From positions 1 to 64,000 of IMG/VR virus record IMGVR_UViG_3300014613_000018: DNA of 64,000 nt, one strand, 5' to 3'. The DNA is from a virus. Of the stretch, positions 10,072 through 18,717 are shown in pieces. The notes below the pieces were generated by a model that saw nothing but the letters and a program-made list of their open reading frames with translations, ran no database searches and had not been told where the DNA came from. Numbering within the stretch: the stretch's first letter is position 1; each line of letters begins with the position of its first letter. The translations under genes were made by a program, and so were the position numbers.

Positions 10072-11764
10072 TATTACCTGCCAAACCACTAGCTTGATTT
10101 AACATTCCATTTAGAAATCCTTCAAACTCAGGTTGATAATTATATGCAGCTTCAGCTTGATCCATCTTCTGCTGAAAAAATCCCGATATACCTTCATACT
10201 GTGGAGCTTGTGCATCATCTCCTGCATGTACACTTCTAGTTAAACCTACTTCTGAGGAAGTCCAACTCTCAGGAAAATCTATATAAACATCTGTAGCTGA
10301 ATTTCTAAAATACCCACTAGCAGGAATATTACTATGTACCATGAAAGGTGTTATACTTTGAAATGCTGAAGCCTCATTAGAACCTACTGCAATAATAGGT
10401 ATTGGCGGCATTGGAGTTGACGGGTCTAAATTAGTAGGCGAAATCCAAATATATGTACTTGCTCTAACTCGCTCCATCCAATACTCATTTGCTAAAATCT
10501 GTGCTTCAGTAATATGTGAACCTCTAATCATGGTTCCATCAGAAGATTGACTCATATACCAACCTTCCATGCTATTATCAGAGTAAACTTTAATCCATAC
10601 TGGTTGACCTAATCCACCTCCACCTAATCCGTGTGCCTCTGGCATTGGAATAGACAAAGCATTCATATTCATTGTTAGCCAAGTATCATACCCTGAAGTT
10701 GCAGCTATTCTATGCTTTGAGCCTGTAATCAAATAAGGCCCTGTAAACACCTTATCAAACAGTGCTATTCCTCTAGGAACAACTTGTCTAACTTGTCCTA
10801 CTCTAGCATTAGGAATACCCTCATTTAACTGACAATCTTTAGCTGAAACAAATGCTAATTCATCCTGTTGCTGTAACTGTTCAGCAATTATACTTGCAGC
10901 TTCTTCATTACTCACATTCTCATAAAAATGTACTCTAGTCACCTGTCCAAATACTGCTGCTACAACTTCAGAACCTCGCATTTGTATCTGATCTACATTA
11001 TCATCTTTAGGCAATGTTTCAACACTAATAGGCTGATTAGGATTATTACTTCTAATCTCTACTCTTGAACTCACTCCTAAAATGTTACTTTCAGGTTTGA
11101 AATTCTTTAATTTCAAAGACTTCCTATCATCTTGATAATCTTTTTCAGGATAACAATGAATAGGTAGCCACTGGTCTACTGTACTCTTATCATACTCTAA
11201 TTTATATAAACTTAATAGCCATTTACCGGGGTCTTCTGAAGGTTCAACTTTCCACTTCATTCCAAACTGTGAAGCTAATCCTTCAAGTAAACTAAAATCA
11301 GTCTTCTTACTTTGAGTGGTAGTATCGCTAATGAGTACATCACCATTTTCAATTGTACCTACTTCTAAAACATTGTAATCATTCAATACTTCTGTAACTA
11401 CCTCTAACAAAGTTTTATTTGCAAGCTGTCTATCAGTCTCACTCACATCCATTGCCTTTAAGTAACCTGTAAATGTAAGTGTAACCTGCTGATTAACAAA
11501 ATCTGGAGCATACTTATTAAGAAACACTACTGTCATTGGTAAAATACCCTCATTTATATAACCCATTGAAAGTTGCATTACTGACCCTAATCTGGTTAAA
11601 TCTGTGGCCCTCTCTAATCCCGGCCCTTCATTGATAACCATTACTACTTGGTCAAACTTATCAACATCTTCAACAAATTCAACAGACTCAACTAAATGAG
11701 TAACACCTAATTCATCAAAAGGCTTACCATTATACGACATTTCAAAATAAGGTGCTCTTGACAT
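10064..11764 (-). CDS. Baseplate hub, phage late-control D (GPD)-like, with C-terminal extension
   Basis: MGY, Q..KTDFSLLEGLASQFG, GIPNARVGQ, FTGPYLITGSKH motifs. Confidence 0.8.
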   Translation of the reverse strand: MSRAPYFEMSYNGKPFDELGVTHLVESVEFVEDVDKFDQVVMVINEGPGLERATDLTRLGSVMQLSMGYINEGILPMTVVFLNKYAPDFVNQQVTLTFTGYLKAMDVSETDRQLANKTLLEVVTEVLNDYNVLEVGTIENGDVLISDTTTQSKKTDFSLLEGLASQFGMKWKVEPSEDPGKWLLSLYKLEYDKSTVDQWLPIHCYPEKDYQDDRKSLKLKNFKPESNILGVSSRVEIRSNNPNQPISVETLPKDDNVDQIQMRGSEVVAAVFGQVTRVHFYENVSNEEAASIIAEQLQQQDELAFVSAKDCQLNEGIPNARVGQVRQVVPRGIALFDKVFTGPYLITGSKHRIAATSGYDTWLTMNMNALSIPMPEAHGLGGGGLGQPVWIKVYSDNSMEGWYMSQSSDGTMIRGSHITEAQILANEYWMERVRASTYIWISPTNLDPSTPMPPIPIIAVGSNEASAFQSITPFMVHSNIPASGYFRNSATDVYIDFPESWTSSEVGLTRSVHAGDDAQAPQYEGISGFFQQKMDQAEAAYNYQPEFEGFLNGMLNQASGLAGNND

Positions 11765-11982
11765 TACTCTCTCACCAAGTTATAGTAACCTCTAATCCTG
11801 CGAATTTTACTTATCTCTTCTCTAGTAGGAATTAGTAACCGTGTACCTTGCTTGAGACTAAGAATATCTACCCTAGGATTAAAGTAACAAATAACACTTT
11901 TATAATACTCATTATAAACACCAAACTCTTTAATTATTAATAAATCTAACCTGTAAGGCTTTTCAATATAAGCTATCTTCAT
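11764..11982 (-). CDS. LysM-like tail protein X / gp53-like
   Basis: RLDLL...FG...I..FNP....L.QGTRLLIP pattern; position. Confidence 0.7.
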   Translation of the reverse strand: MKIAYIEKPYRLDLLIIKEFGVYNEYYKSVICYFNPRVDILSLKQGTRLLIPTREEISKIRRIRGYYNLVRE

Positions 11983-12582
11983 CTAAGTAACCTCATAGAA
12001 TGCAACTTCTTGTGCAAAATCTAGGCTGTCAGGCTTAACTGTAAATTCTATTCTACCTAATGTAGCCTCACCATTTAATTGTAATCTTAACCATGTAGTT
12101 TTACTTTTAGTTACAACTCCAAATACTGAGTATCTTCCTAAACTAATTCTTACATAGGGAGCCTTTCTCCACTGTGCAGGAGGTGTGGGCAATGAAGAAA
12201 ACCATCCTGAAACTTCAAATAAATTATTAAATGACTGCCTTACAACATTACCTTCATTATCTAGCTTAGAATGTGGAGGCCCTTCATAAGAGTCACTAAT
12301 ATACAAGCTAAAGTTAACCGGCTGTGAAGAACTATTTAAGTAATGTATCTGTTCTTGTACTCTACCTAAACCAGTATGACTAGCATAATCAGCCCTAATT
12401 TCAGGCTCTTCTAACATCTCTGGAATATGCTGTACAACAAATTCACTAACACCCTTAACAGCATACTCATTACCTGTAGGATCAAACACATTTATTCTCA
12501 TTGTTGCAAATGAACCATCAGTATATTGTTCTAAATTGTTGGTACTAAGTAAACTGGAAGTGGGTATATAAGCACTAAGCAA
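11983..12582 (-). CDS. Tail tube initiator-like protein
   Basis: Between tape measure and LysM protein; PAQWRKAPYVRISLG...GVVT pattern. Confidence 0.55.
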   Translation of the reverse strand: MLSAYIPTSSLLSTNNLEQYTDGSFATMRINVFDPTGNEYAVKGVSEFVVQHIPEMLEEPEIRADYASHTGLGRVQEQIHYLNSSSQPVNFSLYISDSYEGPPHSKLDNEGNVVRQSFNNLFEVSGWFSSLPTPPAQWRKAPYVRISLGRYSVFGVVTKSKTTWLRLQLNGEATLGRIEFTVKPDSLDFAQEVAFYEVT

Positions 12583-14809
12583 GTCTTAACTCCCTTTCTT
12601 CATTCATCATTCTTTGGAACTCATTATACGCCCTTCTAGCAAATCCTTCAGGGTCTTCTTTACCATAAGAGTAAAAATTTAATCCGCCTTGAATAGTAAC
12701 CCCCGAAGCAACAGCCTGTTCACCTCTTTGAACTACTTGTTCATCTTCATGTAAAGGATACATTCCATCTCTAGGTACTCTTGAAACACCTGAAGCCATT
12801 GAATTACCCATTCGTGCTAATGAAATGTCATCCACACCCCACATTGCATCCCAATAGCCACCCATTTGTCCAGCAGTATCACCTAAAATACCTCTACCTT
12901 GACCTACCTCTCCAGACGCTTGCATACGAGAGTATAACCCCCCCGATAGGTCATCTGCTACTTTAATAATAGCAGTAGATATGGTGGTAAAAAACAAGTC
13001 TCCTAAAGATTCAACTTCTGTAACAATCTGACTCCAAATTCTGTCCATTTCTTCATTAAACTTATCCCAATCTCCTGTAAAAAGTGCCTCTAAGAAAGCA
13101 TGTACTGTTTGAAATACTCCCCATAAAATATCTAAGACTATTAGAACAGCACCTATAATACCTGCTATAATTCCTACAACAATCAATAATGTAGGTAAGA
13201 TTGTAGTAACAAAGAAATTAAAGAATGGCATTAACAATTTATCAAATAAGAACACTCCTATAGATGCTAAAATAGTTAAGAGTGTTCCAAATTTACTCCA
13301 CAGCCAATTACCTAAATCCACAAAGAATGCTTTTACTTCATCCCAGTATTTAATTACAAAATAAGCTGCTGTACCTATTGCAAGAATAACCAGAAGAACC
13401 CAACCTAATGTACTTACTATACCACCAAAAATTAAACCTATCCCACCTACTCCTGCAAATAGTACCTTTAATCCTGCAATAATTAGTAATACTCCACCTA
13501 CTGAAGCTAATACTCCAAGTATTAATGTTGCACCTCCGATAGCAGCAGCAATTTCAGGATTCCCCTCTAAGAATGCAGAAATAGCATTAACACCTTCAAT
13601 AACTTTATCTATTAACGGAGTAGCCATTTCTAACAATGGTTTTCCTAATAGTTCCTTAACACTCTGAATACTAGCATCTAATATAGCTTTTTTCTCATTC
13701 CAGGCAGATGTAACAGTATCATAATAATCTTGTGCATATCCAGTAGAATCTTCAATAGCACTAGACATTGCATTAACAGCATCTACACCCTCATAAAAAG
13801 AACCATTTAATTCTATCTGTGCATTATACACATTCAGAAGTCCAGCAACAGCTCTCATTCCAAAGATTTGAGTAAAAGTACGCAAACGACCCCTAGCATA
13901 CTCCTCAACCTCTTCACCAGTCAAGTCACTTCTACCGATTAATTCAGGTGTTAATTCAGGCATAGCACTAAATAAATCTTGCATTATATCAGGTAATGCT
14001 CTCATCTGACCTAAATTATTAAAGATATGAATGTTCATATCTTTTAACATTTCATTTTCAGCGTCACTAATATCAAATATGTGAGTACCCATCATTTTAA
14101 TTTGCATCGAAGCTCTCGAAGCACTTAATCCTGCGGTACGCATCACACCAAATAAAGCAATAGTATCACTCATACTTTGATTGGCAGCTTGCATAACACC
14201 ACCAAAAGTACCAAATGAATGCACATATTCATCAAAGTGAATTTTAGATATTCTTACACCCATTGTCAGCCTATCTAAAATAACTTCTGCATCAGTGGCA
14301 GGCACTTGGAATGAACGCATAGCAGTAGTAAGCATGTCCGCAGATTCAGCGGCTTCCATGTGTCCAATTACAGCACCATGTAAAGTAGTTTCCAGAGTGT
14401 CCATAGCTTCTTGCTGAGTTAAACCGGCAGATAAAAGCTCATAGTAAGCATCCATAGATTCACCGGCTGTAAATCTAGTTGTTCGTGCTAGACTAAACGC
14501 CTGTTCTTCCATAGCAGCCATTTCTTCTCGTGTGGCTCCTAATAGACCTTGTGTGTAAACTAAACTTTCCTCGTAATCAGCATAAGCTTGCATATTCCCC
14601 ATTGTAGTATTCACCAGAGCTACACCGGCACTTAAAGTAATTGCACCTGCTGCCAAATTAGTCATGGCTATTCCAAGTCGGTTCAAAACTTGCTCGTTGG
14701 CAGAATTGGTAGTAAGAAATTTACTCATTAATCTGTCGGCTGAAGTGATTGAACTTAAGCCACTTACGCTGTAGGAAAGCAAAATTCCAATACCCATAGA
14801 ATTATCCAT
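12575..14809 (-). CDS. Tail tape measure protein (TP901-type core)
   Basis: TTRFTAGES..AYYELLSAGL, GQMRALPDIM, IFGMRAV; hydrophobic repeats in the C-terminal half. Confidence 0.9.
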   Translation of the reverse strand: MDNSMGIGILLSYSVSGLSSITSADRLMSKFLTTNSANEQVLNRLGIAMTNLAAGAITLSAGVALVNTTMGNMQAYADYEESLVYTQGLLGATREEMAAMEEQAFSLARTTRFTAGESMDAYYELLSAGLTQQEAMDTLETTLHGAVIGHMEAAESADMLTTAMRSFQVPATDAEVILDRLTMGVRISKIHFDEYVHSFGTFGGVMQAANQSMSDTIALFGVMRTAGLSASRASMQIKMMGTHIFDISDAENEMLKDMNIHIFNNLGQMRALPDIMQDLFSAMPELTPELIGRSDLTGEEVEEYARGRLRTFTQIFGMRAVAGLLNVYNAQIELNGSFYEGVDAVNAMSSAIEDSTGYAQDYYDTVTSAWNEKKAILDASIQSVKELLGKPLLEMATPLIDKVIEGVNAISAFLEGNPEIAAAIGGATLILGVLASVGGVLLIIAGLKVLFAGVGGIGLIFGGIVSTLGWVLLVILAIGTAAYFVIKYWDEVKAFFVDLGNWLWSKFGTLLTILASIGVFLFDKLLMPFFNFFVTTILPTLLIVVGIIAGIIGAVLIVLDILWGVFQTVHAFLEALFTGDWDKFNEEMDRIWSQIVTEVESLGDLFFTTISTAIIKVADDLSGGLYSRMQASGEVGQGRGILGDTAGQMGGYWDAMWGVDDISLARMGNSMASGVSRVPRDGMYPLHEDEQVVQRGEQAVASGVTIQGGLNFYSYGKEDPEGFARRAYNEFQRMMNEERELRLA

Positions 14810-15609
14810 TAGCTCACCACCTGCCTATTTGCAAACCATTCATAAAATTGTTCTTCTGTAGTTGTTGTTCCATATATCTTATGAAAGGCTTTTGGATTCT
14901 TACTAGTTTGAGAATGATACTTAAATAATAGAGTTACCCCATTTGTAATATCCCATAGTTCATTACAAGCTAAAGCTTCTTCCATAGTATTGATATTATT
15001 TTCTTCCAAAATTAAATAAAAAGGTTTAATATGATGGCAAGACAAAAGCCCTTTACTCCCACTATACTGGCATGTATAATTATCTCGTTCAAACACAGAT
15101 TCTTGCCATTGAGTATATTCAGGAGAACACCTTACTTGTTTATTAATAGGTCTACAGCCACCCTTCCACCACGGACAATTCTCGCCAGTAAGCATTTCAG
15201 AAACAACTTCTTTATGCCAGCATTTACAAGACACTACACTCCCTGCTCGTAAACTATCCCCTCTAACTTCTGTCGTATTACCACAATCACATTTACACAA
15301 CCATTTAGTCTTACGCCTATCTAATCTTCTAGCAATTCCTTGAACAACCAATCGCCCAAACCGTTGCCCTGTTAAATCTACAAATGCTCTATCCCGAGAT
15401 AAATCACCTTTGTGACAACCACATGATTTAGTAAGACCTGAAACTAAACTCTGAGCACTAGCAACCTTAACACTTCGTTCTCCCCCACAACTACAGATAC
15501 AAGCCCACATTACAGTCTTATATCCTTTAGGAGAAACCCTATCTCTAGCCCTACCTACAACATACAGCCTACCAAATGTTTGACCTGTTAAGTCTTTAAG
15601 AGTACTCAT
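14809..15609 (-). CDS. HNH homing endonuclease with two DLTGQxFGRL DNA-binding repeats
   Basis: DLTGQTFGRL/DLTGQRFGRL with WxCxCxCG; W..SVFERDNYTCQ...HHI...NGVTL. Confidence 0.85.
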   Translation of the reverse strand: MSTLKDLTGQTFGRLYVVGRARDRVSPKGYKTVMWACICSCGGERSVKVASAQSLVSGLTKSCGCHKGDLSRDRAFVDLTGQRFGRLVVQGIARRLDRRKTKWLCKCDCGNTTEVRGDSLRAGSVVSCKCWHKEVVSEMLTGENCPWWKGGCRPINKQVRCSPEYTQWQESVFERDNYTCQYSGSKGLLSCHHIKPFYLILEENNINTMEEALACNELWDITNGVTLLFKYHSQTSKNPKAFHKIYGTTTTEEQFYEWFANRQVVS

Positions 15610-15875
15610 TAGCCTTTCCCACTAAAAGCTTTACCAACTTTATTTGCAATTAATATAGCAAGTCTTTCATCTTGTTCTTCTTGAATCATTGAAATTCTTG
15701 CCCTTTCCTTTTGTGCTTCTACCATTGTCATGTGGCCTATTATCTCTTCTCTTGTAGGCTTATCCAACTTCTTAACTAAATCCATTAATTGATTTAATCC
15801 TATAAAAAGTATAGTTCCAATGCAAAGAAGACAATAACCTATTCCTAGTAAAACTAATGGTAGAAGCACATTCAT
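15609..15875 (-). CDS. Small membrane protein
   Basis: About 27-residue hydrophobic N-terminus. Confidence 0.55.
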   Translation of the reverse strand: MNVLLPLVLLGIGYCLLCIGTILFIGLNQLMDLVKKLDKPTREEIIGHMTMVEAQKERARISMIQEEQDERLAILIANKVGKAFSGKG

Positions 15876-15965
15876 TTAATAGTACATCCTTAAAAATGTT
15901 TTCAATCTTGCAACTCGTTCAATTCGCTCTTCGTGAGAAATGTACCTCGGCCCCGGTTCTGCCAT
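15876..15965 (-). CDS. Short ORF / -1 frameshift extension of tail chaperone (not in ORF track)
   Basis: MAEPGPRYISHEERIERVARLKTFLRMYY fills the gap exactly; frame is open back to GGATTTT at 15983-15989. Confidence 0.6.
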   Translation of the reverse strand: MAEPGPRYISHEERIERVARLKTFLRMYY

Positions 15966-16552
15966 TAACCGGGAAAGCTCGTAAAATCCTCAACATCCTC
16001 CTGCTCAAAGTCATTAAACCTTTGGAATGCTTGCATAATCCTAAGCGCATCTACAGGTTTAGTTCCTGAGCCGTACATATTGGAAATGTTAAATGTTAAC
16101 ACAGTTTCATCATTAGGAAACACTACTTCAGGTCTCTTTAACTCTGGCAAATCATCTAACTTTTTCTGTAAACCTTCAAGAACCTCTGTATCATCAGTTT
16201 CAGCCATTTGCTTCTGTATCTTAACTCGTTTTCTTTCCCTACGAGCATGTTCCTCACTCATTTTAACATTAGGAGACACTTTACCATCTTCAGTTGTAGC
16301 TAAATATGCATCCTTCAATAGTACCCTACTGCAAAGTGTAATAGCCTTCTTAGTAGCTACAGATTCCCTAACATCTTCCTTAGCTTCCTTATATTCTACA
16401 GAACTTCTAGCCTTATCAAAGTCATCCATTTCACTAGGGCCTAAGTATACAGCAGGAAAATATAATTCCCTACCTTTATACTTCATTCTAACACCCCTGA
16501 ATAAACTAACTTTAGGCCAGCCTAACACTTCTTGATAACTTTTCTCTGCCAT
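15965..16552 (-). CDS. Putative tail assembly chaperone
   Basis: Position between tube genes and tape measure; slippery site near 3' end; ATG at 16552 after GAAAGGA. Confidence 0.55.
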   Translation of the reverse strand: MAEKSYQEVLGWPKVSLFRGVRMKYKGRELYFPAVYLGPSEMDDFDKARSSVEYKEAKEDVRESVATKKAITLCSRVLLKDAYLATTEDGKVSPNVKMSEEHARRERKRVKIQKQMAETDDTEVLEGLQKKLDDLPELKRPEVVFPNDETVLTFNISNMYGSGTKPVDALRIMQAFQRFNDFEQEDVEDFTSFPG

Positions 16553-16596
16553 TTTCAATATCCTTTCTCTTTACTTACACAAAATTAACTCTCAAT

Positions 16597-16608
16597 AATA
16601 CATACAAT
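16597..16608 (-). promoter_or_regulatory. Putative late promoter motif ATTGTATGTATT
   Basis: Repeat of motif at 833, 28179 and 28627. Confidence 0.4.
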
Positions 16609-16677
16609 ATTTCTGAATTTTACAACCGTTTGTTAAATACTTTTATTATTGTAGTAAAATGATTGCTATATAATGCA

Positions 16678-16703
16678 GAACCCGCCAACTTAATGACGGG
16701 TTC
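16678..16703 (-). terminator. GC-rich hairpin, probable terminator
   Basis: GAACCCG...CGGGTTC stem downstream of 16737..17624; weak U-tract. Confidence 0.55.
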
Positions 16704-16736
16704 GTTACTCCTTCTACTCTTGGTAGATGAGCTAGT

Positions 16737-17624
16737 TTAGGCTATTGTAGTCCATTCAAGAACAACAGTACCAGTAGCATTAACCGTATCTGCACCTGTC
16801 CAACCAGCAGCAAAGTTCAAGTTAATAGCCTTAGAATCAGCAGCAGCATTCAGTGAAATACCTGTAAGGATACCAGCAGTAGCACCAACAGGCCCGACCA
16901 CGGTAGCTGTACCATTACAATCCGCAGCAGCACTACCGTCTACATAGTCCTCAAAAGTGGCTGTACCACCAAGAACAGCAAAAGCACCTGTACCTATAAC
17001 TGATCCTATCCCGATGTCTGGGGTGTCCGCATTCACCACTCCCCCACCTTGAAGAGCAACATCCATATAAGTTACCTTATGAAGGTGTACTCCAGCAGGG
17101 AAAGTATAAATTAGTGCGCCTACAATTTCATTAGCAGCGGCAGCAATAGTATATGCAACATTAGTAAGTGTAAGAACAGTGGTATGCTGTACTCCGTCTC
17201 CATATTCGACAGCAGTAACATTTGTACCTGCCACACCAACATTTTGAGTGTTCTTAATAACACCAGTTCTAGCAGTAGTACCATCGGTGAGATTACTAAT
17301 TGCGGTACCGTTGGCAGCAATATTACCTAAATTAACAGCGGCATCAGGCACAGTAATAACTCTATCACCTGTTAAAGCAGGAGCAGTCATTGTAACAACG
17401 CTAGTTCCTCCACCTGTAGGCTCGGCTAAAGCAATACTAGCGCCTGTACCTGCAACAGCATTAGTCAGCATTGCAGTTTTAAGGGTATTTGCAGCAGCCT
17501 CAGTAGAAGCTGAATTAGCAGTCGTTATAGCATCATCAATTGTCTTCCAGTTATCTTTCGGGTCATGGTTCTCAGTGAAGGGTGTTCCACCTACCATCTC
17601 AATGTTAACATAATCGTACTTCAT
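16737..17624 (-). CDS. Ala/Gly/Thr-rich putative virion accessory (fibre/decoration) protein
   Basis: 295 aa after tube genes; strong RBS; LTGDRVITVPDA fibre-like motif. Confidence 0.55.
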   Translation of the reverse strand: MKYDYVNIEMVGGTPFTENHDPKDNWKTIDDAITTANSASTEAAANTLKTAMLTNAVAGTGASIALAEPTGGGTSVVTMTAPALTGDRVITVPDAAVNLGNIAANGTAISNLTDGTTARTGVIKNTQNVGVAGTNVTAVEYGDGVQHTTVLTLTNVAYTIAAAANEIVGALIYTFPAGVHLHKVTYMDVALQGGGVVNADTPDIGIGSVIGTGAFAVLGGTATFEDYVDGSAAADCNGTATVVGPVGATAGILTGISLNAAADSKAINLNFAAGWTGADTVNATGTVVLEWTTIA

Positions 17625-17651
17625 TCTTCAAGTTCCTTTCTCAAAATTATT

Positions 17652-18257
17652 CTACTTCTGTATTGCATCTAAAAGCAAACCTACTACGCCAAAGTTTGAA
17701 GGTGGTTTAAGCATATAAGGTTTAGTAGTTCTTACTATTAGTTCGTTTACAGAAATTCCATCTCTCATTGAATCAAATTTAGGATAAGTTATATCATCAC
17801 ACACACAAAATGGATACTTCCACCTTTTGATCTCAACTAACATTCCTCCTAATAATGGTATACTTTTAGGTAATCTTTGTAACTGTATAAAATCCACATT
17901 CTTTAATGGTGATTTCTGTCCTATCTGAAATGCTTGACAATCATAGTACCATTTATCTAATATACCCTGATAAGTAATTCCTTTTTTCAATGTTACAGCA
18001 CCTATCTTCCTCTTATAAGGATAAATAGGTATTTCTGTAGATTGAGTTACAGAATTAATGGTCAGAGGAGTTGACCTATCTGACAACCCCTCTGCCGATT
18101 CAAAACCAGAGTCTATGATACCATCAATCTCTACTGCAAACTCATGTGTCATTGGATGATCTATTCTAACTAGACCACCTAATTGAGACAAGACAGCAGC
18201 ACCTAATATACCAGTGATACTAGATGGAATTGCATCAAGGACTTTTCCTACATCCAT
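17652..18257 (-). CDS. Second T4 gp19-like tail tube paralog
   Basis: FAVEIDG..GFESAEGL, VTLKKG, W, YPKFDS...VNEL. Confidence 0.75.
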   Translation of the reverse strand: MDVGKVLDAIPSSITGILGAAVLSQLGGLVRIDHPMTHEFAVEIDGIIDSGFESAEGLSDRSTPLTINSVTQSTEIPIYPYKRKIGAVTLKKGITYQGILDKWYYDCQAFQIGQKSPLKNVDFIQLQRLPKSIPLLGGMLVEIKRWKYPFCVCDDITYPKFDSMRDGISVNELIVRTTKPYMLKPPSNFGVVGLLLDAIQK

Positions 18258-18258
18258 A

Positions 18259-18705
18259 CTAAGGGTTAATATCCCAATCTTCTATTGAAAGAATGGCCTC
18301 ATCTACTCTAATACCATCTTCACTCATAGCGTCACCCTTACCTGCTTTAAAATCTTTGCATGTTACTTCGTAATAACGAAAGGTCTTAACCCTTCTGTCG
18401 CCATCTCTACCATGCTTCATTGCCACTATATCTACCTGTTTTCTGGAACCACTCTGATACCAATTATACAGGTATTCTTCTTCAACAAACTCGCCTCTCT
18501 TCAATGTAACATCTGCTATACTTTCAAGACCTAACTGCTTATGAGGACGGTTAGCCATGTTTCCCTCACGGTACTTAGCTTCACCTTTAGTCTTCTGAGG
18601 CTCCGTAAACTCCATGAAACCTGCTACAGCCACACCTTCAATTTCAACAATAAAATCACACAGAAGTAAGGGGTCTTTTCCCGGTCTTTGAATACTTATA
18701 TCCAT
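18259..18705 (-). CDS. Tail tube protein (T4 gp19-like)
   Basis: DPL..FIVEIEG..AGF..YREG...GL..DVTLKRG..LYNW. Confidence 0.9.
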   Translation of the reverse strand: MDISIQRPGKDPLLLCDFIVEIEGVAVAGFMEFTEPQKTKGEAKYREGNMANRPHKQLGLESIADVTLKRGEFVEEEYLYNWYQSGSRKQVDIVAMKHGRDGDRRVKTFRYYEVTCKDFKAGKGDAMSEDGIRVDEAILSIEDWDINP

Positions 18706-18717
18706 ATTCTATACCTC

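Noticed and set aside
15968-15976. +1 frameshift at TTT-CCC
   Set aside because: The +1 frame closes after about 17 codons, whereas the -1 frame fills the gap exactly and has a heptamer plus hairpin.
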